A program made the position numbers and the translations under genes. A DNA stretch of 64,000 nucleotides from Polyangiaceae bacterium (lineage in GTDB: Bacteria > Myxococcota_A > Polyangia > Polyangiales > Polyangiaceae), in NCBI GenBank assembly GCA_965222375.1, contig CBDCTZ010000016.1, forward strand, positions 704,001 to 768,000. The letters are read 5' to 3'. Positions 26,847-36,955 of this stretch are shown here, one piece after another; positions within the stretch are counted from its first letter, which is position 1; every line of letters starts with the position of its first letter. Under the pieces are notes generated by a model. It was not told the origin of the DNA. It made no database searches and saw nothing but the letters and a program-made list of their open reading frames with translations.

Positions 26847-28979
26847 ATGGATCCTCTGGTCCGCGCCGCTTTCGGCCTGCAACAGCTGCTGTCTCGCTTC
26901 TTCGGGACCGTGCTCAGTTTGTGCGCCGCGGCCTACCTGGTGTTCTGGGCTCAGGAGCCCGAGGGATCCTGGCACGCCTACTTCGCTCTGGCGGCCCTGT
27001 TGGCTTCACTGGGCATTCGCGTGGTGCGCCGATTGGGTCGGCTCAGCCCCAAGGCGATTGCTCGTCTGGACTTCGAACTGTTCAGTCACATCATGGTGCT
27101 GGCCTATGCTGCGGTGTTGCTCGCACCGGGCAGTCTCGAGGGTCCTTTCTACCCCATCATCTACGCCCTGGTGATGCTCGCTGCGGCGTTTGCGCGACCC
27201 ACCGCGGCGGTGGCGAATCTCGCGTTCTCGATCCTGACCGAAGCGGCATTGTTCTCGTCGGCGCTTGGGCGCCCTGTGGAAGATGTTTGGCCTCACGCAG
27301 TCTTGATGGGCGTGTTCGCGTTCCTGAACATGGTGGTGTTCCGCGCCGAGATCGCGCGAGTGCGGCGATTGAGCAAGCAGCGCATCGCCAGCGAGATCGA
27401 CCGCATGAAGCAGGCCGCACGATCCTATCGGCTCCTCGGCGCACCTACATCTGCCGTGGATCGCGTGTCCCTGCCCCCCGCCGATGACGCATCCCGCTTG
27501 CTTCACTCGGGGGTGGACGAAATCCATCAGGCGACCAGCTACGCGCTGGACATGTTGCGGCGGAGCCTGCAGCTACGCACCGCGGCGCTGCTCTGGCTCG
27601 ATGGCAGTGGGTCGAAGTTGAGCATTCAGGAGATCTCGAGCTCCGACGACAGCATCGTGCCCGGTCCGTTTTCGGCTCGGGACGGCATCGTCGCCGCAGC
27701 CATCGCTCGCGGCGAAACCGTGAGCCTGCATGGCGAAAAATCCGGTCTGCACGTGCCCTACTACGGCGATCTGCCCGAGGTGGGAGCCGTATGCGCCGCG
27801 CCTCTGGTCGAGGCGGGACATATTCGCGGCGTGCTGGTCGTGGATCGCCCAGCCGGCGATCCGTTTACCAGTGTGGAAGAGGAGCTGCTGGCCACTGCGA
27901 CTCACTTCATGCTGCGGGCCATCGAGAACGAGCGCGTCTTCGTGCAGCTCGAGCGCGCCAAGATCGAGCAGGGCAAGCTGTACCGCGCGGTGGACACCTT
28001 GGCCGGTGCCACGACGGAAATCGAGGTGATCGAAGCTTGCGTCTCGAGCGCCCGTGAGTTCGCGGCCTTCGACTACGCCATCGTGACTCTTTGTGACCGC
28101 GCCAAACGCGAGCACGAAATCTGCGCCGTCAGTGGCGAGGGCGAAGAGCTGCTGGGTCAGCGCTTCCGCCATAACGCGGGCCTCGTCAGCATGGCCGTGG
28201 CCAATCGCCACCCGCTGCCTTATCGCGGCGACTACGATTCCTCTCGTCAGGTGGTTTTCAACCGCAAGATGCACCCACCGGACATGCCCAGCCTGCTCGT
28301 GCTGCCGCTGATTGTGCATGACCGCGCCCTGGGCACCTTGGTGCTGGGCTCACGTCGCAAAGGTGCCTTTGGCGACAGCGTGCGCCCCACCCTGGAAGTC
28401 CTTGCCAGTCACGTGGCGGTGTCTCTGGCCAACGCGCGCATGGTCAAGCGCCTGGAAGAGATGGCCACCACCGACGGCATGACGGGCCTGCTCAACAAGC
28501 GGGCGCTCACAGAGATGGCCCAGCTCAAGGTCAAGAGCGCCAAGCGCTTCAACAAGCCTCTGAGCGTGCTGGTGTGCGACATCGATCACTTCAAGAAGGT
28601 CAACGACACCCACGGCCACGACGTGGGCGACGTCGTGATCAAGGGCTTTGGCGACGTACTCAAGCGCACCAAGCGCGACACGGACGTGGTGGGACGCTTC
28701 GGCGGCGAGGAGTTCCTGGTGGTATGCGAGCAGACGGACGCGGAGGGTGCGATGCTGCTGGCCGAGCGTGTGCGCTCCGAGTTGGAGAGCGCGACGTTCC
28801 ATACCGAGGCCGGCCCCGTGCGGGTCACGTGCTCGGTGGGCGTGGCGACGCTGCCTCAAGCCGGCGAGAGCTGGGACGCCCTGTTTAAAGCCACCGACGA
28901 AGCCCTCTACGCTTCCAAACGCGGAGGCCGCAATCGCGTAACTCTGTGGTCCGCGCGGCTGCAGGGCTGCGCGGCCTAG
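26847..28979 (+). CDS. Membrane diguanylate cyclase with two GAF domains
   Basis: N-terminal TM region, two GAF-like segments, DIDHFKKVND, RDTD I-site five residues before GGEEF. Confidence 0.92.
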   Translation: MDPLVRAAFGLQQLLSRFFGTVLSLCAAAYLVFWAQEPEGSWHAYFALAALLASLGIRVVRRLGRLSPKAIARLDFELFSHIMVLAYAAVLLAPGSLEGPFYPIIYALVMLAAAFARPTAAVANLAFSILTEAALFSSALGRPVEDVWPHAVLMGVFAFLNMVVFRAEIARVRRLSKQRIASEIDRMKQAARSYRLLGAPTSAVDRVSLPPADDASRLLHSGVDEIHQATSYALDMLRRSLQLRTAALLWLDGSGSKLSIQEISSSDDSIVPGPFSARDGIVAAAIARGETVSLHGEKSGLHVPYYGDLPEVGAVCAAPLVEAGHIRGVLVVDRPAGDPFTSVEEELLATATHFMLRAIENERVFVQLERAKIEQGKLYRAVDTLAGATTEIEVIEACVSSAREFAAFDYAIVTLCDRAKREHEICAVSGEGEELLGQRFRHNAGLVSMAVANRHPLPYRGDYDSSRQVVFNRKMHPPDMPSLLVLPLIVHDRALGTLVLGSRRKGAFGDSVRPTLEVLASHVAVSLANARMVKRLEEMATTDGMTGLLNKRALTEMAQLKVKSAKRFNKPLSVLVCDIDHFKKVNDTHGHDVGDVVIKGFGDVLKRTKRDTDVVGRFGGEEFLVVCEQTDAEGAMLLAERVRSELESATFHTEAGPVRVTCSVGVATLPQAGESWDALFKATDEALYASKRGGRNRVTLWSARLQGCAA

Positions 28980-29103
28980 TTCGATCCAGACCAACATAGG
29001 AAAGTCGTTGACGAGTGGGTGGGGAGTCCCTCCCACTGGGTTTCACATTGCTACACAACAATGCCCCAAGCGTGTTCCGCACTGGCGCGGGAGCGCCCCT
29101 GCG

Positions 29104-29400
29104 CTACCTGTGGGAAACTGGCAAGGCGATGCAAGCAGGCGTCCCGCGGTCTTTCACGGTCCCATCGCCGAGATGGCCGTAGCGGTTCTTGCCCCAGCAC
29201 AAGATATTGCCGTCTTTGCGACGGCCGCAGGTGAAGCCGAGGCCCGCTCCGACCTCGACCCAATCCGAGCGCTTGCCAACGAGAGCGGGCGCATGAGGGC
29301 CTGAGCCCTCGGTGGTGCGAGCTAGTTGGCCGTGCTTGTTCTTGCCCCAGCACCAAAGCTTGCCACCCGTAGTCACCCCGCAGCCGTGATGTATCGAGCA
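29104..29400 (-). pseudogene. C-terminal fragment of an RCC1-repeat protein
   Basis: HGCGVTTGGKLWCWGKNKHGQL and AGLGFTCGRRKDGNILCWGKNRYGHLGDGT; no N-terminus. Confidence 0.65.
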
Positions 29401-29593
29401 TGTGGGTATAGTGAAGTCGCTCCCTTTATAGATGAGCCCTGCGCTGACCGCTGGTTTGAAAAGAACTTGCCTGCCGCTCCTGAATGAAAACATGGCGTCA
29501 ACACCGTCCGGAGGCTCAACGTCCACTGCTCCCAAATGCAACTCGCGAGGACTGCTGGTTGAATCCCGAGTCAACAATTTATATCCGCCTTGG

Positions 29594-30190
29594 TCAGGAG
29601 CGCCCTCGAACTGATGCCCAGGCCGCGCGCGCGAGAATCCGCTTGGCGACAGAAAGGTCCGAACGGGCGCGGCCAGCCAGATAACGGCGCGTGTAGTCTT
29701 GGCTCGGCCCGATGATGATCGACTCCAGCATGTCGGCGGGGATCTCGCAGATCGCCCCCGATGCGGTGTGTGGAGACAGCCAGCACCTCAGGTCGGCGAG
29801 AAACCGCCGGTTGGTCGAGCGGATCTGGTCACTGACGCCTTCCACGGCTTCGACGCGTCGTGTGTACAACAAGAACCTTGCCCACTCCGGATGGTCCGCC
29901 ATCCAGTCCAAATGATAATAAACGATGCCTCGAATTCCTCGCTCGGCGTTCTGGTGGCGCTCCAGCATGGCAATGAGCCCGCGCTGGTAGTTGCTGAGCC
30001 CATCGAGGTACAGAGCGCCGGCGATGCGATTCTTGCCACCGAAGTGATGGTAGATGCTGCCGACGCTGGCGCCGGAGCGGTCGCGGATGTGGCTCACTGT
30101 CGCCCGCTCGTAACCCAGCTCGTCGAAGCTCGCGAGGGCGGCCATCAAGATCTCGTTTTTGCGGATCGCGGTAGAGGCGTGGGTTCCCAT
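29594..30190 (-). CDS. TetR/AcrR family transcriptional regulator
   Basis: ILMAALASFDELGYERATVSHIRDRSGASVGSIYHHFGGK HTH. Confidence 0.9.
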   Translation of the reverse strand: MGTHASTAIRKNEILMAALASFDELGYERATVSHIRDRSGASVGSIYHHFGGKNRIAGALYLDGLSNYQRGLIAMLERHQNAERGIRGIVYYHLDWMADHPEWARFLLYTRRVEAVEGVSDQIRSTNRRFLADLRCWLSPHTASGAICEIPADMLESIIIGPSQDYTRRYLAGRARSDLSVAKRILARAAWASVRGRS

Positions 30191-30223
30191 TTGGCGCGTC
30201 TGGTTGACAGGGATTGAGTTTCT

Positions 30224-30238
30224 TGGAACTATATTCTA
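30224..30238. promoter_or_regulatory. Putative TetR operator
   Basis: Imperfect AT-rich palindrome TGGAAC-TAT-ATTCTA in the 52-bp tetR/ribBA divergent gap. Confidence 0.4.
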
Positions 30239-30242
30239 GATC

Positions 30243-31457
30243 ATGGCAAGCGCCGCGTCGATTCCTGGGCTCTCGTCGATTGACGTCATTCTCGGTGAGT
30301 TCCGCGCCGGCAAGCCTGTGATCTTGGTCGATGACGAGGATCGCGAAAACGAAGGCGACATCATCATTGCCGCCGAGGATGTCACCCCCGAATCGATCGC
30401 GTTCACCATTCGCTACACCGGCGGAGTGATCTGCCTGGCGATGACGAACGCCCACGCCGACCACTTGGAGCTACCGCCGATGGTGGAGCACAACACAGCG
30501 AAGAGGGGAACTGCGTACACTGTGTCGATCGAGGCCGCCGACGGCACCGAGACCGGCATTTCTGCCAGCGATCGTGCCACGACGATTCGAACCTCCATCG
30601 CCAAGGGCGTGACCGCCGCAGATCTGGTGCGACCAGGCCACGTGTTTCCGCTCCGCGCGCGGGACGGTGGGGTGTTGCGCCGCGCGGGTCACACTGAGGC
30701 GGCCGTCGATTTGGCGCGGCTAGCCGGGAAGCGTCTCGCCGCGACGGTAAGCGAGCTGATGCACGACGACGGTACGATGATGCGCCTGCCAGCGATCCTT
30801 GAGTTCGCGGCCGCGAACGAGCTCAAAGTCGGGACCGTTGCCGACCTGATAGCCTATCGCCTCGAGCGCGATGCCTTCGTGCAACTGTTCGCGACCGCGT
30901 CGCTTCCCACTCGTGACGGCGTGTTCACGATCCACGCGTTCAAAGACGATCTCAGCGGGAACGAGCACATCGCGCTGACGATGGGTGATGTTGGCGATGG
31001 GGAGTCGGTTCTGGTGCGGGTGCACTCCGAATGCTTGACCGGAGATGCCCTCGGCTCGGTGCGTTGCGACTGCGGCGCCCAGCGCGACGCAGCGTTAGCG
31101 GAGATTGTTCGCGAAGGCCGCGGGGTGCTCGTCTACCTGCGCCAGGAAGGGCGAGGCCTTGGCTTACTCAACAAGATCGCGGCTTACGCGTTGCAGGACA
31201 AAGGTGCTGACACGGTCGAATCCAACGCCCGGCTCGGCTTCGCGCCCGACCTTCGCGACTACGGTATTGGCGCGCAGATGCTGCACCGTCTGGGCGTTCG
31301 CCGGATGCGCCTGCTCACCAACAACCCAAGAAAGATTGCCGGGCTTCGCGGCTTTGGCATCGAGGTGGCGGAACGTGTTCCGATCTGGGTCGGTCAGACC
31401 GCAGAAAACGAACGCTGCCTACAGTCCAAGCGGTCTCGCCTCGGTCACCTGAGCTGA
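30243..31457 (+). CDS. ribBA: Bifunctional DHBP synthase / GTP cyclohydrolase II
   Basis: DDEDRENEGD, GISASDRA, PGHVFPL, GHTEA; RVHSECLTGD..S.RCDCG, QEGRG, DLRDYG, LLTNNPRK. Confidence 0.95.
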   Translation: MASAASIPGLSSIDVILGEFRAGKPVILVDDEDRENEGDIIIAAEDVTPESIAFTIRYTGGVICLAMTNAHADHLELPPMVEHNTAKRGTAYTVSIEAADGTETGISASDRATTIRTSIAKGVTAADLVRPGHVFPLRARDGGVLRRAGHTEAAVDLARLAGKRLAATVSELMHDDGTMMRLPAILEFAAANELKVGTVADLIAYRLERDAFVQLFATASLPTRDGVFTIHAFKDDLSGNEHIALTMGDVGDGESVLVRVHSECLTGDALGSVRCDCGAQRDAALAEIVREGRGVLVYLRQEGRGLGLLNKIAAYALQDKGADTVESNARLGFAPDLRDYGIGAQMLHRLGVRRMRLLTNNPRKIAGLRGFGIEVAERVPIWVGQTAENERCLQSKRSRLGHLS

Positions 31458-31458
31458 A

Positions 31459-31478
31459 TCGCCGACCGGCGTCGGCGA
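31459..31478 (+). terminator. Hairpin immediately after the ribBA stop
   Basis: TCGCCGAC-CGGC-GTCGGCGA; no U-tract. Confidence 0.35.
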
Positions 31479-31874
31479 CACAGCTTGAAGCAGAAAGTTT
31501 GAACGTCGTGGACAGAAGATGTCACTAAGTGGCTGCCAAGACAGCCGCCATGGTCAGCAATTCACGTGTCTTCTACTGGCGGTCGGCGTGGCGTTTCTGA
31601 ATCCGGGAGTTGTTCAGAGCACGCCTGAGCCAGCGGGCCCAGGGCGGGGTTGGCGCGAGAGTGCTGTGCTTGAGTACGATCGAGGCAGTGGAGCGGATGC
31701 CTGCCCGGGCCGGTTAGGCTTGGAGGGAACGGGTGGCCGGTGACCTCGGATACCAGCCCTACGTGCCGCAGGGGGTGGTATCTCCCGAACGAGCAACGAT
31801 TGCCCAGTACGGTCCGAGCGGTCCACGACTTTCCGCGTCGGGCGAGGCATAGTAATGTTGAGAGAATCTAGGCA

Positions 31875-33836
31875 ATGATCAACATTCGTCCAGCACGCAA
31901 ACCTGCAGGGTCTTCATCCCGCGCGCGACGGACGGCTGTCCACATCGGTCTGGGCGTCGCCGTTCTTGCGTCGTCATCACGCCTGGCCCACGCGGACGAG
32001 CGACTCACCGTCTTCCCGCCGAGTCCTCAGTCGACCCTAGGCGGGGACTGGGATTTCACTGGCTCCATGGCGTTTGATCCGTCCGGTTCACAGTGGACTC
32101 CTAGTTTCGGCGAGCAGACTGTGTTCCTGGGGGTGCTCAAACATTCCCAGCGCAATCCTACACAGCAGCTCGTGCCATCCCGCTCGTGGGAGATCCGCCT
32201 CGGGCGAGGAGGGCAAATCTACTCGATGCGCTCTGCATTTGGCGAGGGTGTAGCTCCACAATTTCGTCCGGATGATGGTGACCGGGCACCCTGGGTCGAC
32301 GAGGTGTGGCAAATGGTAGGTGTCTCCACTTCAAAGCACTCGCCTGACGCCGGCGCCCACTATTTCGTCCATCAAGCGGGCGTTTACCTAACCGACCCAA
32401 TTCTCAAGAAACCATTCTTCTCGCCGCCGCTTGTTGCGGAGGTTTCCGGCACGGACAAAGCGTTTCGTTCGGTCCACTGGGGACAGCAGGCATCCATTCC
32501 CACGATTCACCAATCGCACCTCTTGTACTACCAGCTAACTCGTGACATTGGGGCTGGCATCGTTGAGGTCACGCAGGTCGCTTACAACTTCGGCGACCAC
32601 GAGGTCGATCGCTTTAACGCACCCTGGGGCGGCACGAGGCGCACCTCCCTTGACTTCTTGTACCGCAGCAACGCAGACGGCAGCAAGACAGTGGTGACAG
32701 ACAAGTTCTCACCAAGTCTTCCCATGCATTTCGGTGCGCTCGGTGGCTGGGTTGCGTTTTCGGCCGGTCAGGCCCCCAATAGCCTCGCGCTTGGGCTCGT
32801 ATTCGGTAAGGACCCTGCACCGCTCGATCCGATTCAATGGAGTACGAGCTTGTGGAAAGGTGGTTATGCAGGTGGAAACCCCACGGGCAACGAGACCGAC
32901 TGGCGCAACTACCTCGCGTCGAGCGTGATCCGCCGCGTCGCCATCGCTCCCGGCACGGCGTTCTTCGTACGATACTACTACGTTTTCGGATCTCTTAGCG
33001 CCGTCGAATCGCTCTCAGCAACACATGACCTCGTGTCAAAGGCGGGTCTTGGGTCGGTTGCTTTCTCGACCTCAAAGGCTCCTCTCCTTGGTTGGAGCAT
33101 GGCCAAGAACAACGGTCAAACCGTGCTCACGCGCGCGGGTCAACACGACCCAGCGGAGTTCTTCACCTTCGCGCATCCAGTCAAACACTCGAAACCGCTG
33201 TTTCGCCTGCGCTCCACCGGACGCGAAGCCGTTAGCGTTGATCCTTACACATTCTCTGCCAGACCCTACGACGGGGCCACCGAGTACCAGGAGCTCTTGG
33301 GGTTTGTGCTGCCAGCAGATCAACTGGACTCAACTCATGTCTACCAAAACCTCTCGTCGCTGTTCAGCGCGGACCCGCAGCACTACCGCCCAACCAACAA
33401 ACAGATGTTTGCGGTTATCAAACCGAAGCCAGACGCGGGCGCCCCACCGGATGACGGTGGGGGGGCAACGGCAGATGCAGGGCAACCAGTGGACGCCAGC
33501 CACACCCAGGATGCGGCGAGCCCCAAGTTGTCCCCCTCAGGGGAAGAATCAGGGTCGGGTTGTGGTTGCCGACAGGCACCACGAAAAAGTGGCTCTTCGA
33601 GCTTCTTCATTCTGTTCGGGTTGATCGCGGCTGGACTTCGCCGCATCTCCCGCAGCCGATCAGAGCGCCGAAGCGCCAGGCGGCCAACCGCGGCGATGGT
33701 CGACATCCCTCCTTTCAGCTTCATGAGCCTCCCTCGCAGTGGGGATGTCCCAGACGTTGACCTGAGCCCGAAAAGAAGTGGCGGTTCTCGTCGACCTGAG
33801 ACCCTCTCGGACTTGAAAGACGGGATGCCGCCATGA
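31875..33836 (+). CDS. Secreted protein with MYXO-CTERM-like sorting signal
   Basis: Signal peptide (..RLAHA), large globular domain, DAG linker, GCGCR..hydrophobic..RR. Confidence 0.75.
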   Translation: MINIRPARKPAGSSSRARRTAVHIGLGVAVLASSSRLAHADERLTVFPPSPQSTLGGDWDFTGSMAFDPSGSQWTPSFGEQTVFLGVLKHSQRNPTQQLVPSRSWEIRLGRGGQIYSMRSAFGEGVAPQFRPDDGDRAPWVDEVWQMVGVSTSKHSPDAGAHYFVHQAGVYLTDPILKKPFFSPPLVAEVSGTDKAFRSVHWGQQASIPTIHQSHLLYYQLTRDIGAGIVEVTQVAYNFGDHEVDRFNAPWGGTRRTSLDFLYRSNADGSKTVVTDKFSPSLPMHFGALGGWVAFSAGQAPNSLALGLVFGKDPAPLDPIQWSTSLWKGGYAGGNPTGNETDWRNYLASSVIRRVAIAPGTAFFVRYYYVFGSLSAVESLSATHDLVSKAGLGSVAFSTSKAPLLGWSMAKNNGQTVLTRAGQHDPAEFFTFAHPVKHSKPLFRLRSTGREAVSVDPYTFSARPYDGATEYQELLGFVLPADQLDSTHVYQNLSSLFSADPQHYRPTNKQMFAVIKPKPDAGAPPDDGGGATADAGQPVDASHTQDAASPKLSPSGEESGSGCGCRQAPRKSGSSSFFILFGLIAAGLRRISRSRSERRSARRPTAAMVDIPPFSFMSLPRSGDVPDVDLSPKRSGGSRRPETLSDLKDGMPP

Positions 33837-33909
33837 AAGAAGAATCACTTGAGCACACCTGACTGGGGTCAGCTATGTGCTCAAACAGGAACAGGAGGAG
33901 CTTGGTAGG

Positions 33910-35394
33910 ATGACCCCAGGGCGAACCCATTATTGGCTGATTGGATTGCTGGCTCTTGCATGTGGAAGCTCGAGCGACGGCGGCGCTTTCGCGGCCAAGG
34001 ATTCCGGAAGTGACGCGGCGGCAGACGCGGGATCCGACGCTCAGCTCGGAGCTGATACCAGCACGGACGTCGTGCCGAGTGACGCAAGCGTTGGGCCCAT
34101 CGGCGCCCCTCTCGCGATCGACCTCGGCCCTGTCCAGGAGGGGGTGCCGGTCCCCGTGATGATCCCCCAAAATGCCCTGGGTTTTCAGATCTTGGTACAC
34201 GGTCCCGGCACCGTGGGAATCAAAACCGTGGCCGATCCGTCCGGCAAGTTGGTCGTCGACTACCACACGATTAACGGTGTGAGTGGGGCCAGCCTGTTCA
34301 GCGACCGCGGTGAGATCGCAGTGACCGTACCACAATCTCCCGACGCCATGCCCTTTACGTCGGGCACTTGGACGGTAACCTTCGGGTTTGGGCCGTTTAC
34401 CAAGGCGACCGCCTACGTTCAGCAAACGAACGATGGCAACTTTCACGGCGGCTTGCTCGATCTAGTCCTCTACCTGCCGAAGGGCCTTGTTTTGGCAGAT
34501 CCGGGACCGGATCACGTCGTCGACGCGAAAACCGCACCAACGGATGCCGCGGTTTCCGCACGCGTCGATTCCTTCTACGAGGCGTTGTTCCAACTGTTCG
34601 GTGTCAGCAGGGGATCTGTCACCTTCGTGGATATTCCCGCAGTGCATCGCACTATCGGCAGCGAGCAGGAACTGCTAGCCGCGTACGAGCAGACCGTGCC
34701 GCCACCTTCGGCCACCGCCGTGCATCTCGTCCTGGCCAACGGGATCACCTACTTTGGCAGCCCCGTTTGGGGTGTGGCGGCTGGCATCCCCGGTGGCTCG
34801 GTGGAAACTGGGCACAGCTCCAGTGGAATTGCGCTTAACGTGTCAGCCGGTTTCCCAGCTGTCGCGGACGGCTACACCCTGGTACACGAGCTAGGCCATT
34901 TCATCGGCCTGTTCCACACCACGCAGCAAGGCAACACTTCTCCAGTCTTCGATCCCCTCACTGACACGCCGCAGTGCCCGTCGTACCCAGCGCCGGGCTG
35001 TCCGGACGCCAGTAACATCATGTTCGCAACTTTTTGGGGCGCCTCTGGAGGCATTGGTGTCGTCTCATCGCCCCAACAGCGGGCCGTATTCAGAGCCGCA
35101 AGTGTGTACTCGCCACTGCTCCGAGCCGCGACGTCCAAGCGTAAGGCTCCGGCGGCGGAGTTAGGTTCTAGCTGGGCGCGGCACACGGCAGGTCCTGGAT
35201 GGCCCTATCGCCGTTCCGGACGTGCGTTGTCTGAGGCCGAGAGATGGCTGGCAGCCGGCCTTTGCGGTCATGTCCCGATCGGCAGCCCGCTCCATCGTCC
35301 TACCCGCACCGAATTGACGCGTCTGGCGGGCGACCCCGATTTGGTGCCCATTTTGCGCGAGCGTGCCCAACGGCTGGGTCTAGCGCTTGAGTAA
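33910..35394 (+). CDS. Lipoprotein with metzincin (M43-like) zinc metalloprotease domain
   Basis: LALAC lipobox; HELGHFIGLFH (HExxHxxGxxH), DTP, NIM Met-turn. Confidence 0.8.
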   Translation: MTPGRTHYWLIGLLALACGSSSDGGAFAAKDSGSDAAADAGSDAQLGADTSTDVVPSDASVGPIGAPLAIDLGPVQEGVPVPVMIPQNALGFQILVHGPGTVGIKTVADPSGKLVVDYHTINGVSGASLFSDRGEIAVTVPQSPDAMPFTSGTWTVTFGFGPFTKATAYVQQTNDGNFHGGLLDLVLYLPKGLVLADPGPDHVVDAKTAPTDAAVSARVDSFYEALFQLFGVSRGSVTFVDIPAVHRTIGSEQELLAAYEQTVPPPSATAVHLVLANGITYFGSPVWGVAAGIPGGSVETGHSSSGIALNVSAGFPAVADGYTLVHELGHFIGLFHTTQQGNTSPVFDPLTDTPQCPSYPAPGCPDASNIMFATFWGASGGIGVVSSPQQRAVFRAASVYSPLLRAATSKRKAPAAELGSSWARHTAGPGWPYRRSGRALSEAERWLAAGLCGHVPIGSPLHRPTRTELTRLAGDPDLVPILRERAQRLGLALE

Positions 35395-35469
35395 GGATCT
35401 CGCCAAGTCGATCGCGAAGCAGTGCATCTGAAGCAGAACCCACGCGCTTTCCGCTCTGAAAACATGCGA

Positions 35470-35717
35470 CCCGGAACGCGCAACCCACAGGCCCTGCTCC
35501 TGCCTTCGAGTTGCAGCTTTCTCCAGTCGGTTGCCTTTCCAATTTGTTGCGGAATTGACGTGCTGGGCCCGCCGTGTCCCCTTTGGTGTCCGTATTCTGT
35601 CAGTCCCCAACACCACAGCGAGCCGTCCCCGCGGATCCCACAGGTTTGCTCACCCCCGGCCGATACATCGCGCCAGGTCGGTACTGTCTCGGTCGACGGG
35701 TCGACAGGGATCGTCAC
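35470..35717 (-). pseudogene. Internal fragment of an RCC1-repeat protein
   Basis: WRDVSAGGEQTCGIRGDGSLWCWG...PQQIGKATDW. Confidence 0.6.
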
Positions 35718-35899
35718 ATTCGTGCTCAGGATTCGCGCAGCGTTCGTCCGATCACGAGCAAGAGGGCATGGTCGTTGGCAACGCCCGCATGGTCAAGTGC
35801 CTCGAGGAGACCTGGAGCGGGCCGGCTCGTCCTCCAACGCGCCTAGGGCGCCGGGCGGATCGAAGTGACCTCGTCGCCGATCCCCGAGGTGGCCGCGAG

Positions 35900-36889
35900 T
35901 CAACGCAGCGCTGGCGGCTGTCCCCAGCAATCGGTAGCGAGCGGGTTTCTGCCTGGGGTCCCGCACGCCTGCAAGTGCGGCAGTGGATCGAGCTTCGCCA
36001 GTCCGCTGCAGCTCGGTCCTGAGACCCAACGCCGAGGGCCAGCGAGGACTAGCGGGTATTCGCAAATCAAGCCGTTTCGTACGGATTCGAACTCGTCGGC
36101 GATCTTTGCCAGGGCTACTTTTTCGATTCGCATTTGATGAAGCTGTTCGTCCGCGCTGGTGGCAACCCGTGCCCGGTGTGCGGCCTTTTCGGCGATGGTG
36201 CGCAGCGCCTTCATGCGTGTGAGCTTGTCGTCGAGGGTACTGAAAAGGACGATATCGCGGTCGGCTCGAGCAACTTTCAAGCGGGCCTGGACGCGACACA
36301 CCGCTTGCCCGGGTTCACTGTAGCGAGCGCAGCCTTTGTCGAGCTCCGCCTGAACCACACGGCGTGACCGTCGCTGGGTGGGCACGATCAGCGGTCTGCG
36401 TGTGGCGCCATCCAGTGCTAGAGATAGCCCCAACGAGTCGAAACTTTGCGTCGGCCCAGGTGTGTACAAGGCAAGGGTCAGCCGAGCTGTGGGACGCGTG
36501 CGCTTGAAGCTCCACACTTGCTCGGCGCCGGCTTCGCAGGAGTCAACACTTCCGCTCTGGTAGCGTACCGTATACCAAACCTGTAGCGTGTGTTCGTCGC
36601 CCAAGGGCGTCACATCCGTCATCGGATAGTCGATGAGAACCGGATCCGTGACTGGGCCACCCCGGCGCCGATACTGCAGCTCGCCATCGAGCAGCACGGT
36701 GAGCTCGCTCAGCTCGTAGGGCCAGCCCAGATGATCGTCGAGGACCAGCCGGATCCCGGGGCGAGAATCGACGCGCTCGTGAGGGGCTGCGGAGTGGACC
36801 TCAGGCGACGCGCTACCGCAGCCCAAGGCCAAGCTCAGGCTCATGCCCAGGCTCAAGTATCCCCATAAGCGTCGCATCTCGCCGGCCAA
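35900..36889 (-). CDS. Hypothetical lipoprotein
   Basis: LALGC lipobox, 329-aa ORF. Confidence 0.6.
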   Translation of the reverse strand: MAGEMRRLWGYLSLGMSLSLALGCGSASPEVHSAAPHERVDSRPGIRLVLDDHLGWPYELSELTVLLDGELQYRRRGGPVTDPVLIDYPMTDVTPLGDEHTLQVWYTVRYQSGSVDSCEAGAEQVWSFKRTRPTARLTLALYTPGPTQSFDSLGLSLALDGATRRPLIVPTQRRSRRVVQAELDKGCARYSEPGQAVCRVQARLKVARADRDIVLFSTLDDKLTRMKALRTIAEKAAHRARVATSADEQLHQMRIEKVALAKIADEFESVRNGLICEYPLVLAGPRRWVSGPSCSGLAKLDPLPHLQACGTPGRNPLATDCWGQPPALR

Positions 36890-36955
36890 CCCTGGGTTGG
36901 ATGACGAAAGCCGGGAATTGATTCACGCAAATCGCGAATCTTCGTGCTCTTCGAA

